Origin: an uncultured Erysipelotrichaceae bacterium
GTDB lineage: Bacteria; Bacillota_I; Bacilli_A; RF39; UBA660
DNA length: 64,000 nt
Reading direction: 5' to 3'
Assembly (NCBI GenBank): GCA_902793315.1
Contig: CADBCT010000001.1
Span: 34,727 to 98,726, forward strand
The notes under the pieces were generated by a model. That model ran no database searches, was not told the DNA's origin, and saw nothing but the letters and a program-made list of their open reading frames with translations. The translations under genes and the position numbers were made by a program. Shown in pieces: positions 19,165-28,707 of this stretch. Position 1 is the first letter of the stretch. Every line of letters begins with the position of its first letter.

Positions 19165-20430
19165 ATGTATCCAGATACTAAAGATGAAGTAGTACAATTA
19201 TATCTAGATGACATTATTCCAAATAGGTTTCAACCAAGAGAAGTATTTGATGAAAAAGCCTTAAAAGAATTAGCTGTATCTATTAAAGAACATGGTGTAA
19301 TACAACCAATAATTGTACGAAGTGTAAATGGCAAATATGAAATAATAGCTGGAGAAAGAAGATATAAAGCTTCAGCTTTAGCTGGTCTTACTAAAATTCC
19401 CGCTATTGTTAGAGATTTAGATGATAAAGAAAGTTCAAAAGTAGCTTTACTTGAAAACTTACAAAGAAAAAATTTAAATCCAATTGAGGAAGCGAAAACA
19501 TATCAAAAAATATTAGAAATAGATCAAATGACTCAAGAAGAATTAGCTAGAACAATGGGTAAAAGTCAATCAGCTGTAGCTAATAAATTAAGACTTCTTT
19601 CTTTACCAGATGAAATTCAAGAATATCTATTGAAAGAAGAATTATCAGAAAGACATGCTAGAGCACTACTTAATTTAGATGATGCTGAAAAACAAAAAGA
19701 AATGGCTAAAAAAGTTATTGATAATAAAATGAGTGTTAGGAATTTGGAAGCAGAAATTAAAGAAATGACTGGTAAAACTAAACCAAAACAAGAAGAAGCT
19801 TCTGAAACACCTGAAGTAATAGCTTCAACAAAAGCTTTTGTTAATGATAATCCATTAATTCCAACAGCTAAAGTTGAAGAAGATAAGTCAAACTATGGAA
19901 AAGTAACAATTGCACCACCAGAAGGAGAAGAAATGCCTTCTAGTAAATTTATAAATTATGGTGAAATAGATAAGGAAGAAGAAAAAACACCAATGCCTAT
20001 ACCAAATGTTATAACTTCAATAGATGTTAATGATGTTAAAGAGAATACCAATGATATTAAATCTGATGATACAAGCAATTCTGGAAACGCCTTAGATAGT
20101 TTGTTAAATTTAGGTAATCCCACATCATCTATACCGGCAAATGAATTTATAACACCAGCAGAAAAAATTGTAAAAACCGATTCATTAGAAGATCCTATAG
20201 AAGATACTTCTTCAGAATATTTTAATACATCAGATTTATCAAATATTGAATTACCACCAAGTATAATAAATCCTTCTGAAGAAGAAAATACTGGAACTTA
20301 TAGTATAGAAGAAGCAGTAGAAAAAATAAAAAATACTATAGAAGATTTAAAAAAGCATGGAATTAATCTAAATGCTGATGAAATGGATTTTGAAAAATCA
20401 TATCAAATGATTATAAAGATAGAAAAATAA
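19165..20430 (+). CDS. noc: Noc-like ParB-family protein (nucleoid occlusion protein paralogue) with a long low-complexity C-terminal extension
   Basis: The N-terminal 200 aa align to B. subtilis Noc/ParB: DIIPNRFQPR, GVIQPIIVR, EIIAGERRYKA, ALLENLQRKNL, AVANKLRLLSLP, SERHARALL. Position between rsmG and soj is the same as B. subtilis noc. Residues about 200-421 are E/S/T/N/P-rich with no Noc counterpart. Sigma-A-like promoter TTGAAA-N17-TATAAT at about 19094-19125. Confidence 0.7.
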   Translation: MYPDTKDEVVQLYLDDIIPNRFQPREVFDEKALKELAVSIKEHGVIQPIIVRSVNGKYEIIAGERRYKASALAGLTKIPAIVRDLDDKESSKVALLENLQRKNLNPIEEAKTYQKILEIDQMTQEELARTMGKSQSAVANKLRLLSLPDEIQEYLLKEELSERHARALLNLDDAEKQKEMAKKVIDNKMSVRNLEAEIKEMTGKTKPKQEEASETPEVIASTKAFVNDNPLIPTAKVEEDKSNYGKVTIAPPEGEEMPSSKFINYGEIDKEEEKTPMPIPNVITSIDVNDVKENTNDIKSDDTSNSGNALDSLLNLGNPTSSIPANEFITPAEKIVKTDSLEDPIEDTSSEYFNTSDLSNIELPPSIINPSEEENTGTYSIEEAVEKIKNTIEDLKKHGINLNADEMDFEKSYQMIIKIEK

Positions 20431-20435
20431 TAGAA

Positions 20436-20470
20436 AAGTAGATGGTGATAAAAATCTACTTTTTTTTATA
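20436..20470 (+). terminator. Rho-independent terminator after noc
   Basis: AAAGTAGAT-GGTGATAAAA-ATCTACTTT followed by T7. Confidence 0.6.
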
Positions 20471-20523
20471 AAAGCATTTAAAAAAAACGTATTATTTGGT
20501 ACAATAAAAAAGGAAATTGAAAA

Positions 20524-21324
20524 ATGGGTGATTCGATGGGAAAAATAATATCGTTAGTAAATCAAAAAGGTGGAGTTGGTAAGACAACTACTAGTATAAA
20601 TTTATCTGCTTCATTAGCAGTATTAGGTAAAAAAACACTTTTAATAGATTTAGATCCTCAAGGAAATACAACAACAGGTGTGGGAATTAACAAAGGAGAT
20701 ATTAATAAAAGTATTTATGAAGTTTTAACAGGCGAATGTAGCATTAAAGAAGCAATATTAAAAACAAAATACAAAGATTTTTTTGTTATACCATCAACAA
20801 TCAATTTAGCTGGATTAAATGCTGAATTTTTAGAAAAGAGTAGAACACAAGCAGGTTATAAAAAAGGAGAACAATTAAAGAATTGTCTTGCTGACATCAA
20901 AGATAGCTTCGATTATATAATTTTGGACTGTCCTCCAGCGCTTGATGTTATTACTACAAACGCTTTAACAGCTTCTAATTCTGTAATAATTCCAGTGCAA
21001 TGTGAATTTTTTGCTTTAGAGGGAATAACTCAACTATTAAAAACAATAATGTTAGCACAAAAAACTTTAAATCCTAACTTGGATATTGAAGGAGTTTTAT
21101 TAACAATGTTAGATTCAAGAACTAACTTAGGATTTGAAGTGGTTGAAGATATTAGAAGCTTCTTTAAAGAAAAAGTATATAACACAATTATTCCAAGATT
21201 AGTAAAACTAACAGAAGCTCCATCACATGGAGAACCTATAATAACTTATGAACCAAAAAGTAGAGGTGCAGAGGCTTACCTAAATTTAGCAAAGGAAGTG
21301 ATTGAAAGAAATGGAAACAAATAA
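20524..21324 (+). CDS. soj: Chromosome partitioning ATPase ParA/Soj
   Basis: Deviant Walker A KGGVGKTTT, DLDPQGN, ParA/MinD fold. Followed by spo0J. Confidence 0.92.
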   Translation: MGDSMGKIISLVNQKGGVGKTTTSINLSASLAVLGKKTLLIDLDPQGNTTTGVGINKGDINKSIYEVLTGECSIKEAILKTKYKDFFVIPSTINLAGLNAEFLEKSRTQAGYKKGEQLKNCLADIKDSFDYIILDCPPALDVITTNALTASNSVIIPVQCEFFALEGITQLLKTIMLAQKTLNPNLDIEGVLLTMLDSRTNLGFEVVEDIRSFFKEKVYNTIIPRLVKLTEAPSHGEPIITYEPKSRGAEAYLNLAKEVIERNGNK

Positions 21325-22222
21325 TATTTCTGAAAGTGGAATTCCTAAAAGAAGAGCTTTAGGAAAAGGATTAGAAGAATTGTTTAATAACGAAGTCATT
21401 GATTATAGTGCTGTAGAAGAAAAAATAGTTAATGAAACACCAAGAGAAGAAATAGAAATGTTAAACTTAGATGAATTAAGAAGTAATCCATATCAACCTA
21501 GAAAAAATTTTGATGAAGAAGCACTAAAAGAATTGGCTGAATCAATTAAAGAACATGGAGTAATCCAACCGATAATAGCTAAAAAATCAATCAAAGGATA
21601 TGAAATAATAGCTGGAGAAAGAAGAGTAAAAGCATCAAGAATGGCAGGTTTAACAGAAATCCCTGCTATTGTAAAAGATTTTAATGATAAACAAATGATG
21701 GAAATCGCGTTACTTGAAAATCTTCAAAGAGAAGATTTATCAGCAATTGAAGAAGCATCAGCTTATAAAAAATTACAAGAGACTTTAGTATTAACTCAAG
21801 AAGAATTAGCAAAGAGATTAGGTAAAAGTAGAAGTCATATAACAAATATGCTAGGGTTGCTTTCTTTACCTCAAGATATTCAACAACAGATAGTTAATAA
21901 AGAATTATCAATGGGGCATGCAAGAGTTTTAAGTAAATTACAAGATTCTGAGCAACAAGAAGAATTAGCAAAAAGAGTAATATCAGAAGGAATAAGTGTA
22001 AGAGAATTAGAAAAGTTGACTATGGAGCCAACAATAATTAAAACTAATCCTCAAAAGAAGAAACAAGAAAAAAATTCTCAATATGTTTATCTTCAAACAG
22101 AATTAAGTGAAAAGTTGGGTACGAAAGTAACAATTAAAAAGAATAAAATAGAAATTAGTTTTGTAAATGATAATGATTTAAATAGATTATTAGAATATAT
22201 GAATATTGAGGTTGAAGAGTAA
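21302..22222 (+). CDS. spo0J: Chromosome partitioning protein ParB/Spo0J
   Basis: 306 aa. ParB box motifs (GVIQPIIAK, EIIAGERRVKASRMAGL, LLENLQRE), HTH (AKRLGKSRSHITNMLGLLSLP), C-terminal dimerisation domain. Confidence 0.92.
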   Translation: MKEMETNNISESGIPKRRALGKGLEELFNNEVIDYSAVEEKIVNETPREEIEMLNLDELRSNPYQPRKNFDEEALKELAESIKEHGVIQPIIAKKSIKGYEIIAGERRVKASRMAGLTEIPAIVKDFNDKQMMEIALLENLQREDLSAIEEASAYKKLQETLVLTQEELAKRLGKSRSHITNMLGLLSLPQDIQQQIVNKELSMGHARVLSKLQDSEQQEELAKRVISEGISVRELEKLTMEPTIIKTNPQKKKQEKNSQYVYLQTELSEKLGTKVTIKKNKIEISFVNDNDLNRLLEYMNIEVEE

Positions 22223-22223
22223 T

Positions 22224-23033
22224 ATGATTAAATTATTTGGATTAGATGTTGAATTAAAATTAATAATTGTTCCTTTTGTTTATATAATTATTGGAATAAT
22301 TTCTTTTACAGTCTTAAAAAAGATAATTTCAAAGCTAGTTGATAAAAGAAACTTAAAAGGAGAAAAAAAACAACGTATTAACACTTTAAAAGTTTTGATA
22401 ATTAATATAATTAAGTATTTAATAATTATTTGTGTTATCTTAGCAATTCTATCTGTTTTTGGTGTTAATGTTAAGTCTATTGTAGCAGGATTAGGAATAG
22501 GAACAGCAGTTATAGGACTAGCATTTAAAGATTTAGCTACTGATCTTATTGCTGGTTTCTCAATTATCACTGAAGGAGAATATGAAATAGGTGATACTAT
22601 CGAAGTAGATGGATTTATGGGAGAAGTAACATTTATAGGATTAAGAACTACAAGAATTAGAAATTTTAAAGGAGCTACTAAAATTATAGCTAATCACTAT
22701 ATGGACAATATTATTAACTATAGTGAAAATAATTCTTTAGCAGTAATTGATGTATTAATTGCATATGAATGTAAGGAAGAAGATATTGAAAAAGCATTTG
22801 AACAATTAAAAGAAAGATTAAGTGGAAAAATACCAAATGCAACAGGAGAATTGGAAGTTTGGGGTGTTAATTCATTATCTGATTCAGGACTTGTTTATCG
22901 AGTTGTTGTTGAAACAGAGTCAATGAAACAATTTGCTACAGAAAGATTTCTAAGAAAAGAGATAAAAAAAGAATTTGATAAATCAAAAATTAAAATCCCA
23001 TATCAACAAATAGAGGTGCATAATGGAAAATAA
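22224..23033 (+). CDS. Small-conductance mechanosensitive channel (MscS family)
   Basis: Three N-terminal TM helices then an MscS beta-domain (GDTIEVDGFMGEVTFIGLRTTRIRNFKG). Start taken at MIKLFGLD immediately after the spo0J stop. Confidence 0.7.
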   Translation: MIKLFGLDVELKLIIVPFVYIIIGIISFTVLKKIISKLVDKRNLKGEKKQRINTLKVLIINIIKYLIIICVILAILSVFGVNVKSIVAGLGIGTAVIGLAFKDLATDLIAGFSIITEGEYEIGDTIEVDGFMGEVTFIGLRTTRIRNFKGATKIIANHYMDNIINYSENNSLAVIDVLIAYECKEEDIEKAFEQLKERLSGKIPNATGELEVWGVNSLSDSGLVYRVVVETESMKQFATERFLRKEIKKEFDKSKIKIPYQQIEVHNGK

Positions 23034-23208
23034 AAATTATGATTTAGGTACAAAAGTAGTAATGAAGAAACAGCATCCATGTGGTGGTAATGAATGGGAA
23101 ATTGTTAGAGTAGGGGCAGATATTAAAATAAAGTGCCTTAATTGTGGAAGAACAGTTCTTATTCCCAGAATAGATTTTAATAAAAAAATCAAGAAAATTC
23201 TTGATTAG
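23023..23208 (+). CDS. DUF951-like small zinc-ribbon protein
   Basis: 61 aa with CGGNEW...CLNCGR. Conserved position downstream of spo0J in Bacilli (yyzM-like). Confidence 0.5.
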   Translation: MENKNYDLGTKVVMKKQHPCGGNEWEIVRVGADIKIKCLNCGRTVLIPRIDFNKKIKKILD

Positions 23209-23220
23209 AAAGGATCTTAT

Positions 23221-24816
23221 ATGAGAGACAGAAGAAAATTAAAATTAAAGAAGTTTTATTTTCATCCGATAACAGTATTTATTTTTTTAACTTTCTTAGT
23301 AGTATTATTAAGTGGATTATTTTCACTTTTACAAGTTCAAGCTACTTATAATATAGTTAATGTAAATACTAAAGAATTGGAACCTACGTTGATTACTGTT
23401 GAGAATCTTTTATCGTTTGATGGAATAAAATTTATAATTAGTAATGCTGCGAAAAACTTTCTTAGTTTTGGACCATTAGGAATGTTACTATTATCATTAA
23501 TAGGAATAACTGTTGGTGAGGGAACGGGTTTTATAGAAACATTTACGAGGAGACATCTAAGCAAAATTCCTAAAGCAGCTTTAACTTTCTTGGTAATTTT
23601 TATTGCTATAACTTCATCATTGATTAATGAAGTAGGGTATGCAATTTTAATTCCTTTGGTAGCAATAGTATATTTTATAAATAATAGAAATCCTATTTTA
23701 GGTATTGTTACAGCATTCTGTGGAGTTTCATTTGGTTATGGAGTATCAATTTTTGTTGGTTCAATGGAAATGGCTTTAATGAATTACACTAAAGATGCTG
23801 CAATGTTAATTGACGATACAACACATATAGCATTAAGTTCTAATTTGATATTTATCATTGTTACAACAATAATTTTATCAATAGTAGGAACTTTTACAAT
23901 TGAAAAAATAATTGCTCCTAGGATTGGAAAATATAAGAAAGATGATGAATTTTCTAAGACAGAAACTTATAAAGTTATAAATATTGAAGAAGAAGAACAA
24001 AGATTGATTGAGAAAGATAAATATGAGAAAAAAGGATTAAGATCAGCATTGGTTGTTTCAATTATAGTTTTATTAATATTTATTTATTCTCTAATTCCAA
24101 ATTTACCATTTTCTGGTTTATTATTGGATATGAATGAAAACACTTATGTAAATCAATTATTTGGTGAAAATTCATATTTTCAAGATGGTTTTACATACTT
24201 GGTTTCATTACTATTTGTTTTAGCAGGAATTGCTTATGGATTTGGAAGTAAATCGATAAAAAATGACAAAGAAATAATTGAGAATGCCAGTAAAAGATTT
24301 TCTGGAATTGGAAGTATTTTTATATTAATATTTGTTGTTTCACAATTTATAGCTGTGTTTAGAAAAAGTAATATCGGTATGATTATAACCGCTTGGTTAG
24401 CTAGTTTATTAGAATATATGACTTTAGGAGGAATTCCATTAATAATAATTTCATTATTGTTGATAGCTCTATCAAATTTCTTCTTAACATCTTCAGCTAG
24501 TAAATGGATGATTTTTTCACCAATCATGGTTCCGATGTTTATGCAATCAAATATATCACCACAATTTGCTCAAATAGTTTTAAGAGCAGGTGATTCTATG
24601 ACGAAAGGATTTACTCCTTTACTTGCATCATTTGTAATATATATTGGGTATTTAAATATCTATAATTTACATAAAGAAAAACCTTATACAATAAAAAAGT
24701 CACTTAGTATGATTGCTCCATATTTTGTAATTATATCAATAACATGGATACTTATTATAATAGGATGGTATATTATAGGAATACCTATAGGACCTGGAGT
24801 ATCTCCAACAATATAA
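23221..24816 (+). CDS. AbgT family transporter (p-aminobenzoyl-glutamate/antimetabolite transporter family)
   Basis: 531 aa polytopic membrane protein with more than 10 TM segments. N-terminal region and length are typical of the AbgT/MtrF family. Confidence 0.65.
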   Translation: MRDRRKLKLKKFYFHPITVFIFLTFLVVLLSGLFSLLQVQATYNIVNVNTKELEPTLITVENLLSFDGIKFIISNAAKNFLSFGPLGMLLLSLIGITVGEGTGFIETFTRRHLSKIPKAALTFLVIFIAITSSLINEVGYAILIPLVAIVYFINNRNPILGIVTAFCGVSFGYGVSIFVGSMEMALMNYTKDAAMLIDDTTHIALSSNLIFIIVTTIILSIVGTFTIEKIIAPRIGKYKKDDEFSKTETYKVINIEEEEQRLIEKDKYEKKGLRSALVVSIIVLLIFIYSLIPNLPFSGLLLDMNENTYVNQLFGENSYFQDGFTYLVSLLFVLAGIAYGFGSKSIKNDKEIIENASKRFSGIGSIFILIFVVSQFIAVFRKSNIGMIITAWLASLLEYMTLGGIPLIIISLLLIALSNFFLTSSASKWMIFSPIMVPMFMQSNISPQFAQIVLRAGDSMTKGFTPLLASFVIYIGYLNIYNLHKEKPYTIKKSLSMIAPYFVIISITWILIIIGWYIIGIPIGPGVSPTI

Positions 24817-24821
24817 AAAAT

Positions 24822-24850
24822 AAACTCGTAAAATCGAGTTTTTTTATTTG
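24822..24850. terminator. Bidirectional terminator between the abgT-like and araC-like genes
   Basis: AAACTCG-TAAAA-TCGAGTTT flanked by A/T runs on both sides. Confidence 0.6.
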
Positions 24851-25311
24851 AATATAGATAAAGATTTAACTGTAGTTTTAGGAGGAATATTAGTAAGATA
24901 TGAATCAATTTTACGCAATTTATAATCCAGTTTTGAAAGATTAGTTTGAATGGTATTTATTTTTTCATAAGAAAGAGAACTTTCAAATAACACAAATTTG
25001 TGATAATCAGTAGGTGCTACACCAATAATTTTATGAAATATCTCACAAAAGTACTCTTGAGAATAAAAACCATAATTAATAGAAATATTTAAAATAGATA
25101 TATTCTTATATTTGAATGATATTAATGAATTATAGATTCTCTTATGATTTATATAATCAATAATAGTATAGCCAATTTCTTTTTTAAACAGTCTCATAAT
25201 ATAGTCTTTATTGTAATGAAAAGTAATAGATAATTCATCTATTGATATTTTTTTATAAAGATTGTTTTCTATATAAATTAATATTTGTATGATTAAATCA
25301 TTAGAAAACAT
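24844..25311 (-). CDS. AraC-family helix-turn-helix domain protein (short, HTH domain only)
   Basis: 155 aa with an AraC-type HTH signature (ISIDELSITFHYNKDYIMRLFKKEIGYTIIDYINHKRIYNSLISFK...ISINYGFYSQEYFCEIFHKIIGVAP). Confidence 0.55.
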   Translation of the reverse strand: MFSNDLIIQILIYIENNLYKKISIDELSITFHYNKDYIMRLFKKEIGYTIIDYINHKRIYNSLISFKYKNISILNISINYGFYSQEYFCEIFHKIIGVAPTDYHKFVLFESSLSYEKINTIQTNLSKLDYKLRKIDSYLTNIPPKTTVKSLSIFK

Positions 25312-25404
25312 TTACATCACCAAGTAAATTATATCATAAAAGTCGTTATTGTTTAAATAATTTTGAAAATGTGTAGTTTAATATAAGCAGAAAGGAGGAA
25401 TAAT

Positions 25405-26760
25405 ATGAGTTATTCAGAATGGTCCACAAGAGAAGCGATGCAGAAGAAAGCAGCAGCAGTAAATCTAGATACAGGAGTAAAAAAATCTGGATTACCAGTA
25501 ATGTATGATGATAAATATCTATACATTGATACAAGTGAAGCACATAATCTATTAATTGGAAGTACAGGTAGTGGAAAGACTCAGACTGTTATCTTACCGC
25601 TTCTAAAATTAGCAATGATGGCAGAAGAATCAATAGTGATAAATGACCCTAAAGGTGAAATTTTTGGAAGAACAGCCCAAAAATTAGAAGATGAAGGTTA
25701 TAAAAACATTGTGATAGATTTTGAAGATTCACGTATGGGAAATAGTTGGAATCCACTTACTTTAGCTTATAAGCAATTTAAAGAAGGAAATTCAGATAAA
25801 GCAATAGAGTTAATTGAGGATTTAGGTTACTATTTAATTGCTGATACACATAGACAAGAAACTGATCCTTTTTGGACAAATTCAACTATTAATTATTTTA
25901 CTGGATTGGTATTATATTTATTTAGAAATGCAAAAGATGAAGAAATTAATTTAAATAGTGTTGCAAAATTAGCTAATTCATTGTTGGATAAAACTTCCAG
26001 TGAAAAGTTTTTAAAGAAATCAGAAAAGGATCCTATAATGTTCATGAAATTAGCAGGGACATTACAAGCTCCACCAGAAACTAGAGGAAGTATTATCTCA
26101 GTATTTAATCAAAAGATTGAAAGATATTTATCTAAAGAAAATTTAGCTAATATGCTTTCAACTAGTGACTTTGATTTTTCTACAGTAAGTAATGAAAAGA
26201 CAGCTATCTTTATAGTAACTGGTATTAATAGTTTTTGTCGTAATTTAATCCCATTATTTGCTAATCAAGTGATGGATGCAGTTTCACTATATGGCAATAA
26301 AGAAAAAAGATTAAATTTACTATTAGATGAGTTTGATTCGTTGATACCTATTAAAGATTTTGCATTGAAATTAGGTTATTGTAGATCAATAAATATTAGA
26401 GTTACAGTAGCTATTCAAAGCTTTGTACACTTAGCTAATATGTATTCTAAAGAGGATGTTGAAATACTAAAAATGTGTTTTGGAAATACTATTTATCTAT
26501 TATCAAATGATATTTACACATTAGAAGAAATATCTAAAAATTGTGGTACACACATAGTAGATAACAAAGAAGAACCTCTAATTTCTGTTGCTGAATTAAA
26601 AACGCTTAGTATTTTTTCAGCAATTATCTTAATGCCAAGAATGATGCCTTTTAAGACTAAGTTATTACCAGACTATGAAATAGACTGGGGTTATGAAATG
26701 AAAAAGGCAACTATTCCTAGTAGAGAAACTAATACAATAAAAATATATGAAGAAAAATAA
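25405..26760 (+). CDS. TraG/TraD/VirD4-family P-loop ATPase (type IV coupling-protein-like), orphan
   Basis: 451 aa. Walker A GSTGSGKTQ, Walker B LLLDEFDSL, and architecture of the T4SS coupling-protein (TrwB/VirD4) ATPase domain. No N-terminal TM anchor and no other conjugation genes nearby. Confidence 0.6.
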   Translation: MSYSEWSTREAMQKKAAAVNLDTGVKKSGLPVMYDDKYLYIDTSEAHNLLIGSTGSGKTQTVILPLLKLAMMAEESIVINDPKGEIFGRTAQKLEDEGYKNIVIDFEDSRMGNSWNPLTLAYKQFKEGNSDKAIELIEDLGYYLIADTHRQETDPFWTNSTINYFTGLVLYLFRNAKDEEINLNSVAKLANSLLDKTSSEKFLKKSEKDPIMFMKLAGTLQAPPETRGSIISVFNQKIERYLSKENLANMLSTSDFDFSTVSNEKTAIFIVTGINSFCRNLIPLFANQVMDAVSLYGNKEKRLNLLLDEFDSLIPIKDFALKLGYCRSINIRVTVAIQSFVHLANMYSKEDVEILKMCFGNTIYLLSNDIYTLEEISKNCGTHIVDNKEEPLISVAELKTLSIFSAIILMPRMMPFKTKLLPDYEIDWGYEMKKATIPSRETNTIKIYEEK

Positions 26761-26815
26761 TACCTTTAGGTATTTTTTTCTTTGTGTTATAATAAGTGAA
26801 GAAAAGAGGGATACT

Positions 26816-27916
26816 ATGAGTTTAACAGCAGGAATAGTAGGTTTACCAAACGTAGGGAAGTCTACACTTTTTAATGCAATTACTAATCAAAAAATATTAG
26901 CAGAAAACTATCCTTTCGCAACAATAGAACCAAATGTTGGTGTAGTAACAGTACCAGATGAAAGAATGGATAAATTAAAAGAAATGTATGATCCAGAGAG
27001 ATTTATTCCAACAGCCTATGAATTTACTGATATCGCAGGATTAGTAAAAGGAGCATCTAAAGGTGAAGGTTTAGGAAATAAATTCTTAGCTCATATTAGA
27101 GAAACAGATGCTATTGTTGAAGTAGTAAGATGTTTTGATGATGGTAAAATAATCCATGTAGAAGGTGGAATAGATCCAATTAGAGATATTGAAACAATTA
27201 ATCTTGAATTAGCAATCGCAGACTTAGATATTATTAATAGTAGATTAGAAAGAGTTGCTAAGAAAGCAAGAACTACTAAAAATAAAGATGATATCTTAGA
27301 AACTGAAGTCTTAGAAAAATGTAAAAAGGCCCTAGAGGAAGAAAAACCTCTTCGTCAATTAGATTTATCTGATGAAGAAAAGAAGATTATTAAATCATAC
27401 AGTTTTTTAACATTAAAACCAATTATTTATCTAGCAAATATCAAAGAAGAAGAATTAGATAATCCTGATAATGAATATGTTTTAAAAGTAAAGGAATATG
27501 CATCTAAAGAAAACGCTAGAGTAGTTAGCTTATGTGCTAAAGTAGAAGAAGAATTAAGTGAATTAGATCCAGAAGACAAGCAAGAAATGCTTGAGGGACT
27601 TGGATTAGATGGTAGTGGGTTGGATAAATTAATAAAAGCTACTTATGATATTCTAGGACTTGCTACATATTTCACAGTAGGAAAAGATGAAGTAAGAGCT
27701 TGGACTTTTAAAAAAGGAATGAATGCTAAAGAATGTGCTGGTATTATCCATACTGATTTTGAAAAAGGATTTATAAGAGCAGAAGTAATATCTTATGAAG
27801 ATTTAATTAATTATGGTAGTGAATTAAAAGTTAGAGAAGCAGGAAAGGCTAGAGTAGAGGGAAAAGACTATTTAATGCAGGATGGAGATATCTGTCACTT
27901 TAGATTTAATGTTTAA
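26816..27916 (+). CDS. ychF: Ribosome-binding ATPase YchF
   Basis: Starts MSLTAGIVGLPNVGKSTLFNA (Obg-family G1) with an AGAGGGATACT RBS. Has a C-terminal TGS domain. The ORF-track N-terminal extension is not supported. Confidence 0.92.
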   Translation: MSLTAGIVGLPNVGKSTLFNAITNQKILAENYPFATIEPNVGVVTVPDERMDKLKEMYDPERFIPTAYEFTDIAGLVKGASKGEGLGNKFLAHIRETDAIVEVVRCFDDGKIIHVEGGIDPIRDIETINLELAIADLDIINSRLERVAKKARTTKNKDDILETEVLEKCKKALEEEKPLRQLDLSDEEKKIIKSYSFLTLKPIIYLANIKEEELDNPDNEYVLKVKEYASKENARVVSLCAKVEEELSELDPEDKQEMLEGLGLDGSGLDKLIKATYDILGLATYFTVGKDEVRAWTFKKGMNAKECAGIIHTDFEKGFIRAEVISYEDLINYGSELKVREAGKARVEGKDYLMQDGDICHFRFNV

Positions 27917-28688
27917 TATGAAGAGTAAAATAGTAATATTTGAGAGTAATAAATTAGATGGGAAAATGTCAAAAAACCCAAAGTTTTATCCTAAAGGAGT
28001 CAGCGAAGAAGAAAGATATGAAAAGTATCATCAAGATAGATTGAATTTAGGAAAAAAACTAGGTGTTGATGGTAATCACATATTTAGGGCTAGACAAAAA
28101 GGACTAAGTCCTGTAGATTATCCTGATGGAAAATATATTTTATTAGATAAGTCACATATGAATAAAGAAGATTATTTTTATGAAGATTTACCAGCAGATA
28201 TTTTAGTTATTTCTCAAAAATATCCTAAGATTATAGTTGGTAATCCTCAAGCTGACTGTCCAATTATAATCTGTGAAGATAGAAAAAAAGGATATACAGC
28301 TTTAGCCCATTGTGGAGCTCCATATATAAATAGAAACTTACCACAAGATACAATTAAAGCTTTATTTGGTTGCTGTGGTAGTGATATTAATGATATTTAT
28401 GTTTATATAGGAAGTTGTATAAAAAAAGAATCTTATGTCTATGATAAATATCCGAAGTGGGCAACAAATAAAGATGTATGGGATAATTTCATAATAAAAC
28501 AAGGAGATAATTATCATATTGATTTAGTAGGAGCAATAGAAAAGCAATTAAAAGACCTTGGTATAACTCATATAGAAATTTCACCTATAGATACAGTAAA
28601 AGATTCTAATTATTATTCACATGTAGAAGAAGTAAAAGGAAACCAAACTGAAGGTGGACAAAACTTTGTAGGCTTCTATTACAAATAA
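27909..28688 (+). CDS. YfiH/PgeF-like (DUF152 'laccase domain') protein, divergent
   Basis: ADCPIIIC...ALAHCGAPY...IGSCIKKESYVY resembles the ADC(L)PV...HAGWRG...IGPxIxxxxYEV motifs of PgeF/YfiH. Start uncertain (27909 or 27918). Overlaps the ychF stop. Confidence 0.45.
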   Translation: MFNMKSKIVIFESNKLDGKMSKNPKFYPKGVSEEERYEKYHQDRLNLGKKLGVDGNHIFRARQKGLSPVDYPDGKYILLDKSHMNKEDYFYEDLPADILVISQKYPKIIVGNPQADCPIIICEDRKKGYTALAHCGAPYINRNLPQDTIKALFGCCGSDINDIYVYIGSCIKKESYVYDKYPKWATNKDVWDNFIIKQGDNYHIDLVGAIEKQLKDLGITHIEISPIDTVKDSNYYSHVEEVKGNQTEGGQNFVGFYYK

Positions 28689-28707
28689 AAAAAGAGCATT
28701 GCTCTTT

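Noticed and set aside
23221-26760. The abgT/araC/virD4-like block as an integrative mobile element
   Set aside because: No integrase, recombinase, relaxase, IS transposase, tRNA attachment site or flanking direct repeats are visible. It is treated as an insertion of unknown origin, not annotated as a mobile element.
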